Part shown: piece after piece, positions 10,045 to 19,569 of the stretch
Numbering within the stretch: the first letter of the stretch is position 1
How the letters are laid out: each line of letters begins with the position of its first letter
NCBI GenBank assembly: GCA_963422375.2
Contig: OY729428.2
Coordinates: 2,112,001-2,176,000, forward strand
Direction: 5' to 3'
Length of the DNA: 64,000 bases
Source: Bryobacterales bacterium
GTDB taxonomy: Bacteria; Acidobacteriota; Terriglobia; Bryobacterales; UBA6623
Position numbers and translations under genes: made by a program
Notes under the pieces: generated by a model
Told to the model about the DNA's origin: nothing
Seen by the model: the letters and a program-made list of their open reading frames with translations, nothing else
Databases searched by the model: none

Positions 10045-10398
10045 TGGTGGAGGCGGCGGGAATCGAACCCGCGTCCGAAAGAGACCGCCGGAGAGAGCCT
10101 ACATGCTTAGTCCGTTCGAGAGTCTCGACCGCGGCTTGGGAACGAACAAGCCGTCCGCGATCCAGCCCGATTAATCTCGGCCCCGAGACTCCGAGCAGAA
10201 GTCTCGACGCCCATCTCGCGAGGTGACACCTCCGGCCGATATGCGAGCCCGTCGGCTGAGGCGGCTGCCTAGAGACTAGGCAGCGTGTGCAAACTGCAAA
10301 TCGTTGGCAGTTCTGGTTGTCCGATCGTTTTACGGGTGCTCGGAACCCGGCATGCCTCTCAGCAGCGATTGCAATTCCGTCGAAGCCTGTGCGCCCCC
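10045..10398 (-). ncRNA. ssrA: tmRNA; tag peptide ANDLQFAHAA* (10308-10276)
   Basis: 5' GGGGGCGCACAGGCTTCGAC and 3' GGACGCGGGTTCGATTCCCGCCGCCTCCACCA form a tRNA-like domain with G3:U pair; internal tag ORF ends in AA*. Confidence 0.96.
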
Positions 10399-10430
10399 CC
10401 TTCCTCGACCGCCTTCCGGCGACCGCCCTC

Positions 10431-10459
10431 ATCGTAACAGGCGCCGACTGGCCTGTCAA
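10431..10459 (-). promoter_or_regulatory. Sigma70-type promoter of ssrA
   Basis: TTGACA-N17-TACGAT with an extended -10 TG, about 30 nt upstream of the mature 5' end. Confidence 0.75.
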
Positions 10460-10620
10460 TGCACGTCGAGACATTCGAGCAATACGCTCCAGGACCTGTC
10501 GGCTGCTATGTCTCTCGCGCAATCCCGCGGGTGCAAGCATGAGTCTCCCGTCGCGCTTGGACTCCGCCCGGCCGGTCTGCCTCACCTGTTGCGGCTCTCG
10601 GTTAGTGCTACGATCTCCGG

Positions 10621-11022
10621 TTGCAACGCAAGACACTCGTGTTGCTCGCCGTAGTAATCGTCTCGAACTCCCTAGGCAACGTCGCCTTGGGCTACGGCAT
10701 GAGGGGCGCGCCCAACTACAGTTCCTACTCGCCCCTCGATCTGGTCAGGTCCGGGGTCGCGAACCTCGCCGACCCATGGGTGATGGTCGCGGTCTGTCTC
10801 CTTGCGGTGTTCTTCGCGGCGCACTCCCTGGTCCTGAGCTGGACGGACCTCAGCTACGTCCTCCTCGTAACCTCGATCGGCTACGTCTTGACCGCGTTGC
10901 TGAGCGCGACGCTGCTAGGCGAGACGGTTACGCCAGGCCGTTGGGCGGGCACCATACTCGTCACCTGCGGCGTGGGCGTGGTCGGCTCGACTCCAAGTTC
11001 GACCGTCGAGGAGCGGCCATGA
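10621..11022 (+). CDS. Small DMT/EamA-family membrane protein (ArnE/ArnF-like)
   Basis: Four hydrophobic helices, LSWTDLSYV, LLGETV...RWAG; TTG start. Confidence 0.82.
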   Translation: MQRKTLVLLAVVIVSNSLGNVALGYGMRGAPNYSSYSPLDLVRSGVANLADPWVMVAVCLLAVFFAAHSLVLSWTDLSYVLLVTSIGYVLTALLSATLLGETVTPGRWAGTILVTCGVGVVGSTPSSTVEERP

Positions 11023-11378
11023 CGCTGTTCCTGCTCGCCGTCGTAGTCGCCGGGGGCGTCGCCGGGGATCTCCTGAAGGCTTATGCCATGCGAAGGCAGG
11101 GCGCTCCGCGCTCATTCCAGAGGCGGGCTCTAGGGCGATACGCCGTCTCCGTCCTGCGCACCTCTTGGTTCGCATTCGCGCTGGCGGCGTATACAGTCTC
11201 GTTCTTCGGATTCATGGCCTTGCTCTCGGTCCAGGACGTGAGCTTTGCCGTCCCCGCGACCGCGCTGGGCTACGCGCTGGAGACGATGCTCGCTGCGTTC
11301 GTCCTGCGGGAGAGGGTGAGCGTCCGCCGGTGGACGGGCGCCGCGTTGGTGACGGCCGGGGTCTGTCTGATCGTGTAG
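11019..11378 (+). CDS. Small DMT/EamA-family membrane protein (partner subunit)
   Basis: ATGA overlap with the previous gene; LLSVQDVSFAVPATA, LRERVSVRRWTG. Confidence 0.85.
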   Translation: MTLFLLAVVVAGGVAGDLLKAYAMRRQGAPRSFQRRALGRYAVSVLRTSWFAFALAAYTVSFFGFMALLSVQDVSFAVPATALGYALETMLAAFVLRERVSVRRWTGAALVTAGVCLIV

Positions 11379-12273
11379 CGTCGCGCCCCTTCCACGGCCC
11401 GCGCCCCTTCTCGCCCGCTCGCGGCGCGGTGCCGGGCCGACCAGCGCTCGCCTTGCCCTCCCGAGGCTTGCGCCCTCGCTCTCGCGGGAACTCTCGCTCC
11501 CGCGTCGTTCGCGACCTGCCCGCGTCCAAGGTGCTTCGATTCCGAGACGGGGGCGGCGGGGGAGGCGCGAGTAGGCGCTCGATCTCCTTGGGCCGCAGTT
11601 CGCGCACTTGGCGTGGCTCGAGCCCGCGGAGGGTCAGGCTGCCGATGCTCACACGGCGGATCTTCTCCACGAGCAAGCCGACTCTCTCGAACATCCTGTG
11701 AATCTGTCGGTTGCGGCCCTCGACCAACGTGATCCTGTACCACGGGTTGTCAGCCGCCTTAAGCAGGCGGATCGATTCGGGCTTGGTTTCGCGACCGTCC
11801 AGCTTGATTCCGTCGCGGAGCCTCTGGATAGCCTCTTCCCGGGGCCTCCCGCTGACCTTCACGTCGTAGGTCTTCGGAACCCTGTTCCTTGCGGTGAGGA
11901 CCTGATTCGCGAAGTCCCCGTCGTTGGTCAGGAGCAAGAGCCCCTCGGTGTTGTAATCCAGCCGGCCCACGGGGAAGAGGCCCTTCGACGCGTCGGGCCC
12001 GAGCAAGTCCATGACCGTAGTCCGTCCTTCGGGATCGCTCTTGCTCGTGATGCAGCCCTTGGGCTTGTACATGGCAAGGTAGCTGCGCGTTCCGGGCTCC
12101 CTAACAGGCTTGCCGTCGACGGAAACGGTGTCCTTGCCGGGGTCGGCTTGGGAGCCGAGTTCGCGGACGACGCTGCCGTTGACCGTCACGCGTCCGCTCA
12201 GGACGAGTTCCTCCGCCTTGCGTCTGGATGTGATCCCTGATCGCGCGATGATTTTTTGCAATCGTTCTGGCAT
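11212..12273 (-). CDS. rluB: rRNA pseudouridine synthase (RluB/RsuA family) with long basic tail
   Basis: S4 domain ERLQKIIA..SRRKAEE, GRLD, GLLLLTNDG, EGRNRQI. Confidence 0.9.
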   Translation of the reverse strand: MPERLQKIIARSGITSRRKAEELVLSGRVTVNGSVVRELGSQADPGKDTVSVDGKPVREPGTRSYLAMYKPKGCITSKSDPEGRTTVMDLLGPDASKGLFPVGRLDYNTEGLLLLTNDGDFANQVLTARNRVPKTYDVKVSGRPREEAIQRLRDGIKLDGRETKPESIRLLKAADNPWYRITLVEGRNRQIHRMFERVGLLVEKIRRVSIGSLTLRGLEPRQVRELRPKEIERLLAPPPPPPSRNRSTLDAGRSRTTREREFPRERGRKPREGKASAGRPGTAPRAGEKGRGPWKGRDATRSDRPRPSPTRRPSTGGRSPSPAGRTQRASSPARSPARSRGRQSSRPGPRARP

Positions 12274-12343
12274 CGTTTGACCTCTTCGCCTCCCGGCACG
12301 CTCGGGCGGTCTCCCCGCTCCGCTTGCGCGATCGCTACGGGAT

Positions 12344-12369
12344 CGCGCTTCGGGCCGGCCCGAAGCGCG
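12344..12369. repeat. Perfect 26-bp palindrome (possible hairpin or binding site)
   Basis: cgcgcttcgggccggcccgaagcgcg is its own reverse complement. Confidence 0.85.
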
Positions 12370-12461
12370 TCTCGGGACCTCGCTCGGACGGCCTTGATGT
12401 GACGCGACCGAACTACCCCGCTTCCCTCAGGGTAAGCGGGTCAGGCAAGTCGCGCACGGCA

Positions 12462-13352
12462 TCACTGGTCGTCTTTGGTCGTCCCAGCGCGGTCGCTTCC
12501 GAGGGAAACTGCCGGACGTTCGGCCGTGGCGCGGGTCGTCACGACCATGTGCACCGGATGATTCCGGACCCATGTCACAGGATAGTCGTCTCCAGGCGAT
12601 CCGAGGAGTGCCAGCCGGAGCACCGTCTTCGCCCAGTCCAAGCCGTGGTCGCTCCGGCAGTAGAGCTCGATCCTCCTCGCCCGCAAGCACTCGCGCATGC
12701 CCAAGGTCCAAGCGGACCTCGGGAAGTTCACCAGATCGCCGCCCACGCCCGCCCTGATTGCGTTGATCGTGCGCGTGAACTCGTTCAAGCGGACTAGACG
12801 GACACCGGTCTCCGCGACTCCGGTCTCAGGCTCGTTGAAGGCAACGTGACCGTGGATGCCGACTCCCCCGAAGCATGTGTCGATCCGCCTCGCGATGCTG
12901 ACCGCATTGGTCTCGTTCGGAAACATCACGTCCCGGGCGTGTGGTCGCAGGCGCTCGTCGAGGGTCTCGAACCACCGTTCGGCCGCGCTGCGGAAGCTCA
13001 GCGGATGAGCTGGGGCAACCGCCCTCCTCGCCTCGTCGGCGTATTCGTCCATGAAGAAAAGCTTGCACCCTCGCAGCGAAAGAGACCGCTTGGCCAGCAT
13101 CCGGCCGAGGATCGGATACTGCCCGGTCGGGCCCCAGGGCAGGATCAGCGCGACCTCGCGGCCCTCGCGCCGTGCCAGCTGCAATCTAGCGACGATGGAG
13201 GCGGCGAAGTGCCGGTGCAGGGCGTCGACGTCGTCCACGACCAAAAGGCGGGCACCGGCGCGTTCCGCGACTTGAGCGAGCCGAAGCGAGTTGAGCCGCC
13301 GGATCTGCGCCGCTCGGCTGCCGGGACGGTTCCGCGAATCGGGCGCGCGCAT
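12462..13352 (-). CDS. Glucosamine-6-phosphate isomerase/deaminase (NagB-like) family protein
   Basis: ILPWGPTGQY, FMDEY, HPLSFR, CFGGVGIHGHVAFNEP, TLGM; start chosen at ATG 13352. Confidence 0.85.
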   Translation of the reverse strand: MRAPDSRNRPGSRAAQIRRLNSLRLAQVAERAGARLLVVDDVDALHRHFAASIVARLQLARREGREVALILPWGPTGQYPILGRMLAKRSLSLRGCKLFFMDEYADEARRAVAPAHPLSFRSAAERWFETLDERLRPHARDVMFPNETNAVSIARRIDTCFGGVGIHGHVAFNEPETGVAETGVRLVRLNEFTRTINAIRAGVGGDLVNFPRSAWTLGMRECLRARRIELYCRSDHGLDWAKTVLRLALLGSPGDDYPVTWVRNHPVHMVVTTRATAERPAVSLGSDRAGTTKDDQ

Positions 13353-13379
13353 GGCAGGTAGAGTACTGGGGGGAGCGAA

Positions 13380-14755
13380 GTGATCGCGGGGACGGATCGC
13401 CGTACTCGATGGTACGAGGGAATAACCCGCCACCAGTGGACGGTCCTAGCGATCGCGTCCCTCGGCTGGGTGTTCGACACGTTCGAGGGCCAAGTCTACG
13501 TCTCGAGCATGAACGAGGCGATGCCCGACCTGCCGCCGGGCCTAGACGGGAGCGGGCGGGCAGGCTGGCCTATTTCAACAACATCGCTTTCGGAGCCTTC
13601 CTCCTGGGCGGGGCGACCGGCGGCATCGCGTTCGGGATTCTAGGCGACCGCCTCGGCCGCGTGCGGACGCTGATGCTGACGATCGCCGCCTACTCTGCCT
13701 TCGCGTTCCTCTCGGCGTTCTCGACCGAGTGGTGGCACCTGGTGGCGTTCCGCTTCCTAGTCGCGACCGGGGTCGGAGGCGAATGGGCAGTCGCGACCGC
13801 GCTGGTGGCCGAGGTATTCCCGACGAGAGCCCGGGCGCGGTCTCTCTCCGTCTTCCACGCTTCGAGCTTGCTCGGAACCTGGCTGGCGATCGCCGTCGGA
13901 GCGTTCATCGTAGCGGAACGCGAGTTGACCCTGCCGCTCGCGGGCGGACAACCGGTCGCCAGTTGGCGGGTCGGCTTTGCCGCGGGCGCCGTGCCCGCGC
14001 TGCTGATCCTGCTCATCCGTTGGAAGCTTCGCGGCGAGACGCGCCCATGGAGCGCGTCCAGGAAGCGCGCAACCGGCAGCCGATGGGCTGTTGCGGAACT
14101 GTTCGGCCCGGCCCTCCTCAGGCGCACGCTGGTCGGGACATCCATGGCCGCGATCGGACTGGCGACCTTCTGGGGCGCCCACATTTACGGCAAGGACCTG
14201 CTGCGAGTCGAGATCGAATCACGCATGGAGATCAGGGAGGCTGGCGGCGGCGCGCAATCGGCCGGCCCCGGGGATCGGTTTGCAGCGCTCAAGCAGTGGG
14301 AAATGCTCGGGATGCTGCTCGCTTCTACGGGCGGCGGTGTCGGCCTGCTCGCTTTCGGGGCCTTCGCCGAAGGCCTGGGACGCCGTCGAGCCTTTGTTCT
14401 GTTCCACGTTGCCGCCCTAGCCGCGGCACTCGCGCTCTTCCAGGGGATCTCCTCCCCTGCTGCCCTCATGGCGGCGCTGCCCGTATTCGGCTTTTTCACC
14501 CTTGGCATGCATGCCGGGTACGCGGTGTACTTTCCCGAGCTATTCCCGACAAGGGCGCGCAGCACGGGCGCCGGCCTGTGCTTCAACGTTGCCCGCATCC
14601 CCGCGGCGCCCGTGCTGCTCGCTTCCGGCTGGTTGCAGCGGGAGGCGGGAATGTCCTTGCGCGCTTCCGCCTCCCTGCTGAGCCTGCTGTTCCTCGCCGG
14701 CGCCGCGATCATCGCATTCGGCCCGGAAACGAGGGGCGATGACCTGCCAGAATGA
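13380..14755 (+). pseudogene. MFS transporter, frameshifted near 13530-13565
   Basis: TM1 (LAIASLGWVFDTFEG) is in frame 13380; the rest (GDRLGR, GVGGEW, PELFPTRARSTG) is in frame 13409. Confidence 0.85.
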
Positions 14756-14794
14756 GTCCATCTGTCCGGCCCTTGCAATCGGACCGCTTAGAGC

Positions 14795-15922
14795 ATGAAC
14801 GAATCTCTCTCGAGGCGCACGCTGCTTGCTGCCGGGCTGGCCGGCCCTACATCGAGGCGATCAGCAGGGCAGGCCGATTCTCGGCGCCAGGTACCGCGAA
14901 TCGGCCTGATCGGGCTTGGAAACCGCAGCAGCAGGCACCTGCAGACCTACGCGGAACTCGGAGGCGTGGAAGTCGCGGCGCTGAGCGACATCCAGTCCGA
15001 CCGAATGCGGGAAGCCCGCCGGGGACCGGCCGCGAGCGCGGAGAACTATACCGACTACCGCGAGCTGATCGCCGACTCCCGCGTCGAGGCCGTCGTGATC
15101 GCCGCACCCAACTACCTGCACGCCGAGATGGCCATTGCGGCGCTCCGGGCGGGGAAGCATGTCCTGATGGAGAAGCCGATCGCGCTGAACTACGAGGAAG
15201 CCCTGCGCGTCGCGGCTGCGGCGCGGGAGAGCGGCGGCGTGCTCGCGGTGGGCATGCAGCGATACTTCAACCCCGCGTACCGCCGGATCATCGACGCCGT
15301 GGGATCGGGGATGATCGGAACGCCGTATCTGTTCGCGCTGAACGAGTATCGCGGCGACTGGAACCCTCGGACATGGATCTGGACGGACCCGCTGAGCGGG
15401 GAATCCACGCCTTGGCGCCACTTGCGATCTCTGGCGGGCTCGAGCCTGCTGGAATTCTCCGTGCATTCGTACGCGTTTCTCTACGAGATGATCGGCAGTC
15501 CGCTCACCTACTGTGCGGCCACGGGCGGCGCGATGCACTGGCCGGACCGCACCACCGAGGACAATATCTCGGTGATCGCCGAGTTCGGAGACATCCGAGT
15601 GCAGCACACCTATTCCGGATGCGCACCCGGAGTACGGTGGCACATGTCGATCACCGGCAGCGGGGGTTCGCTGCAGTACGACTTCCGGACGGCGACGATC
15701 CGCAGTCTCGGGGCCGATCCGCGGGCCTTGGATCTCGGCGAGAACGCTCCCGACGCACCCAGCATGGAGGCTGGGATGTACAGGGATTTCTTCCGGGCGA
15801 TCCGCGATGGCGTCGAGCCGGCACTGAACGCGCGATTCGCTATCGAGGCATCGAAACTCGCCTATGCGGCATGGACGAGCATCGACGAGCGGCGGGTGGT
15901 GACCGCCAAGGACTTCGCGTAA
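14795..15922 (+). CDS. Gfo/Idh/MocA-family oxidoreductase, twin-arginine N-terminus
   Basis: SRRTLL, IGLIGLG, GKHVLMEKP. Confidence 0.92.
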   Translation: MNESLSRRTLLAAGLAGPTSRRSAGQADSRRQVPRIGLIGLGNRSSRHLQTYAELGGVEVAALSDIQSDRMREARRGPAASAENYTDYRELIADSRVEAVVIAAPNYLHAEMAIAALRAGKHVLMEKPIALNYEEALRVAAAARESGGVLAVGMQRYFNPAYRRIIDAVGSGMIGTPYLFALNEYRGDWNPRTWIWTDPLSGESTPWRHLRSLAGSSLLEFSVHSYAFLYEMIGSPLTYCAATGGAMHWPDRTTEDNISVIAEFGDIRVQHTYSGCAPGVRWHMSITGSGGSLQYDFRTATIRSLGADPRALDLGENAPDAPSMEAGMYRDFFRAIRDGVEPALNARFAIEASKLAYAAWTSIDERRVVTAKDFA

Positions 15923-15935
15923 GCGAGCGGCGCGG

Positions 15936-17276
15936 TCAATCGCGGCCCGAGTCGACGTCCCGCTCCCAAGCGGCCAGTGCGCCGCCCAGTTCCGCCGCGA
16001 CGTCGGGGCTCGTTGCGGCGAGGTTGTCCGACTCGCCCAGATCTCGCGACAGGTCGTAGAGTTCCGGGGAGGAGCTCGGCTGCCGCACGAGCTTCCAGAG
16101 TCCTCGCCGCACGGCGGTCTCGCCCCGAATCCTCCAGAACAGCGTCCGATCCGCGAACTCGCCTCTGCCGAACAGCACCGGAGCGAGGCTTGCGCCGTCG
16201 GTCGCGGGCGCGGCACGGGCGGCTCCGGCGAGTTCCAGCATCGTCGGGAACAGGTCGAACGTTGCGGCAAGCGCGTCGGTCACGCCGGGCCGGACCCTGC
16301 CGGGCCATCGAGCTATGGCGGGCACTCTGTGGCCGCCTTCGTACACGTCGGTCTTCTGACCGCGCAACGGGCCGTTCTCGGATATGTTGTGATAGCCGCC
16401 TTGGTAGGTGAGGTAGCCGCCGTTGTCCGACGCGAAGAATACGAGAGTCCTTTCGGCGAGGCCGTTTTCGTCGACCGCGTCGAGAATGCGGCCGACGCTG
16501 CCGTCGAGGGACTCGATCATCCTGTTGACCTGCGAGGCCACTTCGAATCCGTCCAGTTCACCCAGCTTTGTGAGGTTGTGGTAATTCCCGCCCTTGACGC
16601 GGTACCCGCGGTCGTCCGGCCCCTGCCACGGGAAATGAATGGCGAGATGCGCGACGTACACGAAGAAGGGCCGCTCGCGGTGCCTCTCGATGAAGTCGAC
16701 GCTGTGAGCGGTGATCAAGTCGCCGGTGTAGCCTTCCTCCTTCCGCAAATCCGTGTTATGCCACCAGTCTTCCCGCCCGGACCGGTCGACGCGAGAGTGA
16801 TGGTCTCCGTCGCCGCTCGCTAGACCTCGGAAATCTCCGAAGCCTTGCTCGGTCGGCATGAATGGCGGACTGTATCCGAGATGCCATTTCCCGTACATGC
16901 CCGTCGCGTATCCCTCAGCGGCGAGCGCCTCGGCGACGGTCGTCGCTTCAAGAGGAAGGCCGCTGTCGTAGTCGGCGGTGCCGGAGAGCGCACCCTCGAA
17001 TCGCAAGCCGAACCGCTGCGGATATAGACCGGTCAGGAGGGCGGCACGCGTGGCGCTGCACATCGGCCCGTTCGAGTGGAAGTCGGTGAAGCGCAGGCCT
17101 TCCGCGGCCATTCGGTCCAAGCGGGGAGTGCGATTGCGCTGACTGCCGTAGACGGCGAGATCGGCGTATCCGAGATCGTCGGCGAGGATCACCACGAAGT
17201 TCGGCCGAGGAGGGACGCTGCGCGAGCAAGCGGATGCCGCCAGCAGGGCCGCAAAGCAGACGTGCCGACCGGTCAT
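15936..17276 (-). CDS. Arylsulfatase A-like sulfatase (lipoprotein-like signal)
   Basis: PNFVVILADDLGY, CSATRAALLTG, GKWHLG, SDNGG, YEGGHRVP. Confidence 0.94.
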   Translation of the reverse strand: MTGRHVCFAALLAASACSRSVPPRPNFVVILADDLGYADLAVYGSQRNRTPRLDRMAAEGLRFTDFHSNGPMCSATRAALLTGLYPQRFGLRFEGALSGTADYDSGLPLEATTVAEALAAEGYATGMYGKWHLGYSPPFMPTEQGFGDFRGLASGDGDHHSRVDRSGREDWWHNTDLRKEEGYTGDLITAHSVDFIERHRERPFFVYVAHLAIHFPWQGPDDRGYRVKGGNYHNLTKLGELDGFEVASQVNRMIESLDGSVGRILDAVDENGLAERTLVFFASDNGGYLTYQGGYHNISENGPLRGQKTDVYEGGHRVPAIARWPGRVRPGVTDALAATFDLFPTMLELAGAARAAPATDGASLAPVLFGRGEFADRTLFWRIRGETAVRRGLWKLVRQPSSSPELYDLSRDLGESDNLAATSPDVAAELGGALAAWERDVDSGRD

Positions 17277-17639
17277 CGATTGCAGTGTAGCCAGACTGGC
17301 GGGGCAGGGAGCGGCTCAATCCGTCTTGCCCGGCGAACTGCGCCGAATCCGTGTTCCCGCCGGCTCGCCCGGCAGGCCCGCAGCCAGTCGATGGCGACGA
17401 GCCGAGACCTAGGCATCCGCCGGGGGGCCGGGCGCCCGACCGGGGCTTCTGTATCACGAACCTCACGCGACAGTCGATCCTCGCCGCCACGACTGCGGAC
17501 GTCCGGTCGGCGACGGGCTTCAATGTCGCCTGAGTCCGGTTCGGATGGCCTCTGCTCGACGTCGACGATTCGTGCCGGGCCCAGCCTAGGTCTGGCACCC
17601 GAGGACACAATCAATCAGGGGCCCCGGTCGAGCGGCATT

Positions 17640-17684
17640 GGATTCCCGGTCGGCTTCCCGTTCCGGCTCTCGTACAGCGCAGCG
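17640..17684 (+). repeat. Diverged 45-bp copy of an internal segment (18463-18507) of the downstream transporter gene
   Basis: 41/45 identical by manual alignment. Confidence 0.85.
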
Positions 17685-18021
17685 ATTTCCCTTGCGCCGA
17701 TTGGGGTGAATTGCCCATCGACCTGACTAGCGGCGAGAGGAATGAAGCCAAGCAAGGGACGCTCGGGTCGACTGCGCACGAGGGCCAGCGTCCCGTTCAA
17801 CGGGAAAGCGGCCGCCCAGCCTATGAGGAGCCAGAGGTCCCGTTCCTGCGAGCTGGCTAGCACGACCGAATCTCTTGCCCGCGGCGAGCGCCACGGTCCC
17901 GGCGCGATGGCCTCGTGTCCAACCGTGCATCCGCTACGGCGCATCCGAAATCCCCCGTAACGGGTGCCGGGCGACTCTTACGCATTCTGTATACTCGCGC
18001 AACGAGGCACCTAGCCGATCG

Positions 18022-19422
18022 ATGCCAGACGAATCCCGACACAGCCATGCGCCGGAAGGCGCCCCTCCGCCTGATCGACTCTTCCGGATGGCGAAGTTCA
18101 TCGGGGACTTGATTCCTGACGCCATGACAATGGCCATCCTGTTGATGGTAGTCCTCGCAATTGCAGCGCTCTCGTTCGGAGATCCGCCGCTCAGGGTCAT
18201 GGACGCCTACTACGAAGGGCTGTGGATGCTGCTGCCGTTCACCATGCAGATGACGCTCATCCTAGTGCTCGGATCGGCGCTCGCGTCGACTAAGTTCTTC
18301 GGGCGGATGGTGCATACGCTCTCGAACCTCCCCCGCAGCCAAGGCCAGACAATCGCGCTGTCGATGGCCACTACCTGCTGCCTCGCATACTGCTTCTGGG
18401 GCCTCAGCCTCGCTTTGGCTCCTTTAGTCGCGGTCACCTACGCACGCCAGTCCGAGCGTAAGGGATTCCCGGTCGACTTCCCGTTCCTGCTCTCGTGCAA
18501 CGCAGCGGCTGGCGCGGTCTGGCAGTTCGGCTTGTCTGCCAGCGCCCCGCTGTTGATGAACACCCCGGACCACTTCCTCGAGCACGTGACCGGCCTGATG
18601 CCCCTCTCCACCACGATCTGGGCGCCGGCGACCTTGGCGTACCTCGCGGCGTACCTAACCAGCGTGTTCATCCTTGCCAGGATTCTCATGCCCAAGTCAG
18701 TGCGGCCGATTTCCATGTTCCCCGATTCCTGCGCCCTGGCTGAGTCCACCCTGGACGCCGCGGGGCGGCCCCAGCCGGCCCCGGAGCGGTCGGAGCGCTT
18801 CGCCGAGCGGCTCGAGGCCAGCCGATGGCCTTGCGGGATCCTCACGGCGACGCTCTTCGCTTGGCTGGTCCATCACGTGACCGTGCGGGACGGCGGGCTG
18901 CAGCTGAACTCACTCATCGCAGCCCTCCTCGCCCTGGGTCTGCTGCTCCACGGCAGCGTGCTGAACTTCACCAAGGCGCTGCCAAGGGCCGTGGTAACGG
19001 CGTGGCCCGTGATCGTGCTCTACCACCTCTACGCCGGCGTCGCAGGCCTGCTCGAGAAGACTTCCATCGGCACGGAGTTCGCGGAATACCTAGCCTCGAT
19101 TTCCACGGAGTACACTTTCCCGCTCCTGACGCTGGTCTCGGCCGCGGTGGTCTCCGTCTTCGTGCCGTCGAGCGGGGGCCAGTGGGTAATCCAAGGCTTC
19201 ATCACATCCAAGGCGTCACTCGCGGTGGGAGTGACCGCGCAGCGGGGCCTCCTCGCGCTTAGCGTCGGTGACCACGTGGGCAACCTAGTTTCGCCTTTTT
19301 GGGCAGTTATTGCCGCAGGGATCGCGAAAATGGACTTTCGCACCTATATCGGCTACAACTACGTTTGGGTAGTGCTCTGGGTCGGCTTCGGTGCCTTGTG
19401 CTTTACGTTCCTGCCGGCGTAG
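18022..19422 (+). CDS. Short-chain fatty acid transporter (AtoE/TIGR00366 family)
   Basis: IPDA, GLWMLLPFTMQM, GLSASAPLL, FVPSSGGQW, NLVSPFW; start approximate. Confidence 0.88.
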   Translation: MPDESRHSHAPEGAPPPDRLFRMAKFIGDLIPDAMTMAILLMVVLAIAALSFGDPPLRVMDAYYEGLWMLLPFTMQMTLILVLGSALASTKFFGRMVHTLSNLPRSQGQTIALSMATTCCLAYCFWGLSLALAPLVAVTYARQSERKGFPVDFPFLLSCNAAAGAVWQFGLSASAPLLMNTPDHFLEHVTGLMPLSTTIWAPATLAYLAAYLTSVFILARILMPKSVRPISMFPDSCALAESTLDAAGRPQPAPERSERFAERLEASRWPCGILTATLFAWLVHHVTVRDGGLQLNSLIAALLALGLLLHGSVLNFTKALPRAVVTAWPVIVLYHLYAGVAGLLEKTSIGTEFAEYLASISTEYTFPLLTLVSAAVVSVFVPSSGGQWVIQGFITSKASLAVGVTAQRGLLALSVGDHVGNLVSPFWAVIAAGIAKMDFRTYIGYNYVWVVLWVGFGALCFTFLPA

Positions 19423-19569
19423 CATCTCGTCCGGAGAGTCGCCAGCCTGCCGGACCTGCAGGATCGGTGACAGCGGGCCGGGCCGCTGCAACCTTGAGAA
19501 TGCCATGGAAATCGGAACGAGTACATCGAGCTGTCCAGGTGCAACTGACTTGAACATTGCTGCCACGGG

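Noticed and set aside
17640..18507. DGR template/variable repeat pair
   Set aside because: Only 45 bp long, mismatches are not confined to adenines, the target is a transporter interior, and there is no reverse transcriptase in the window.
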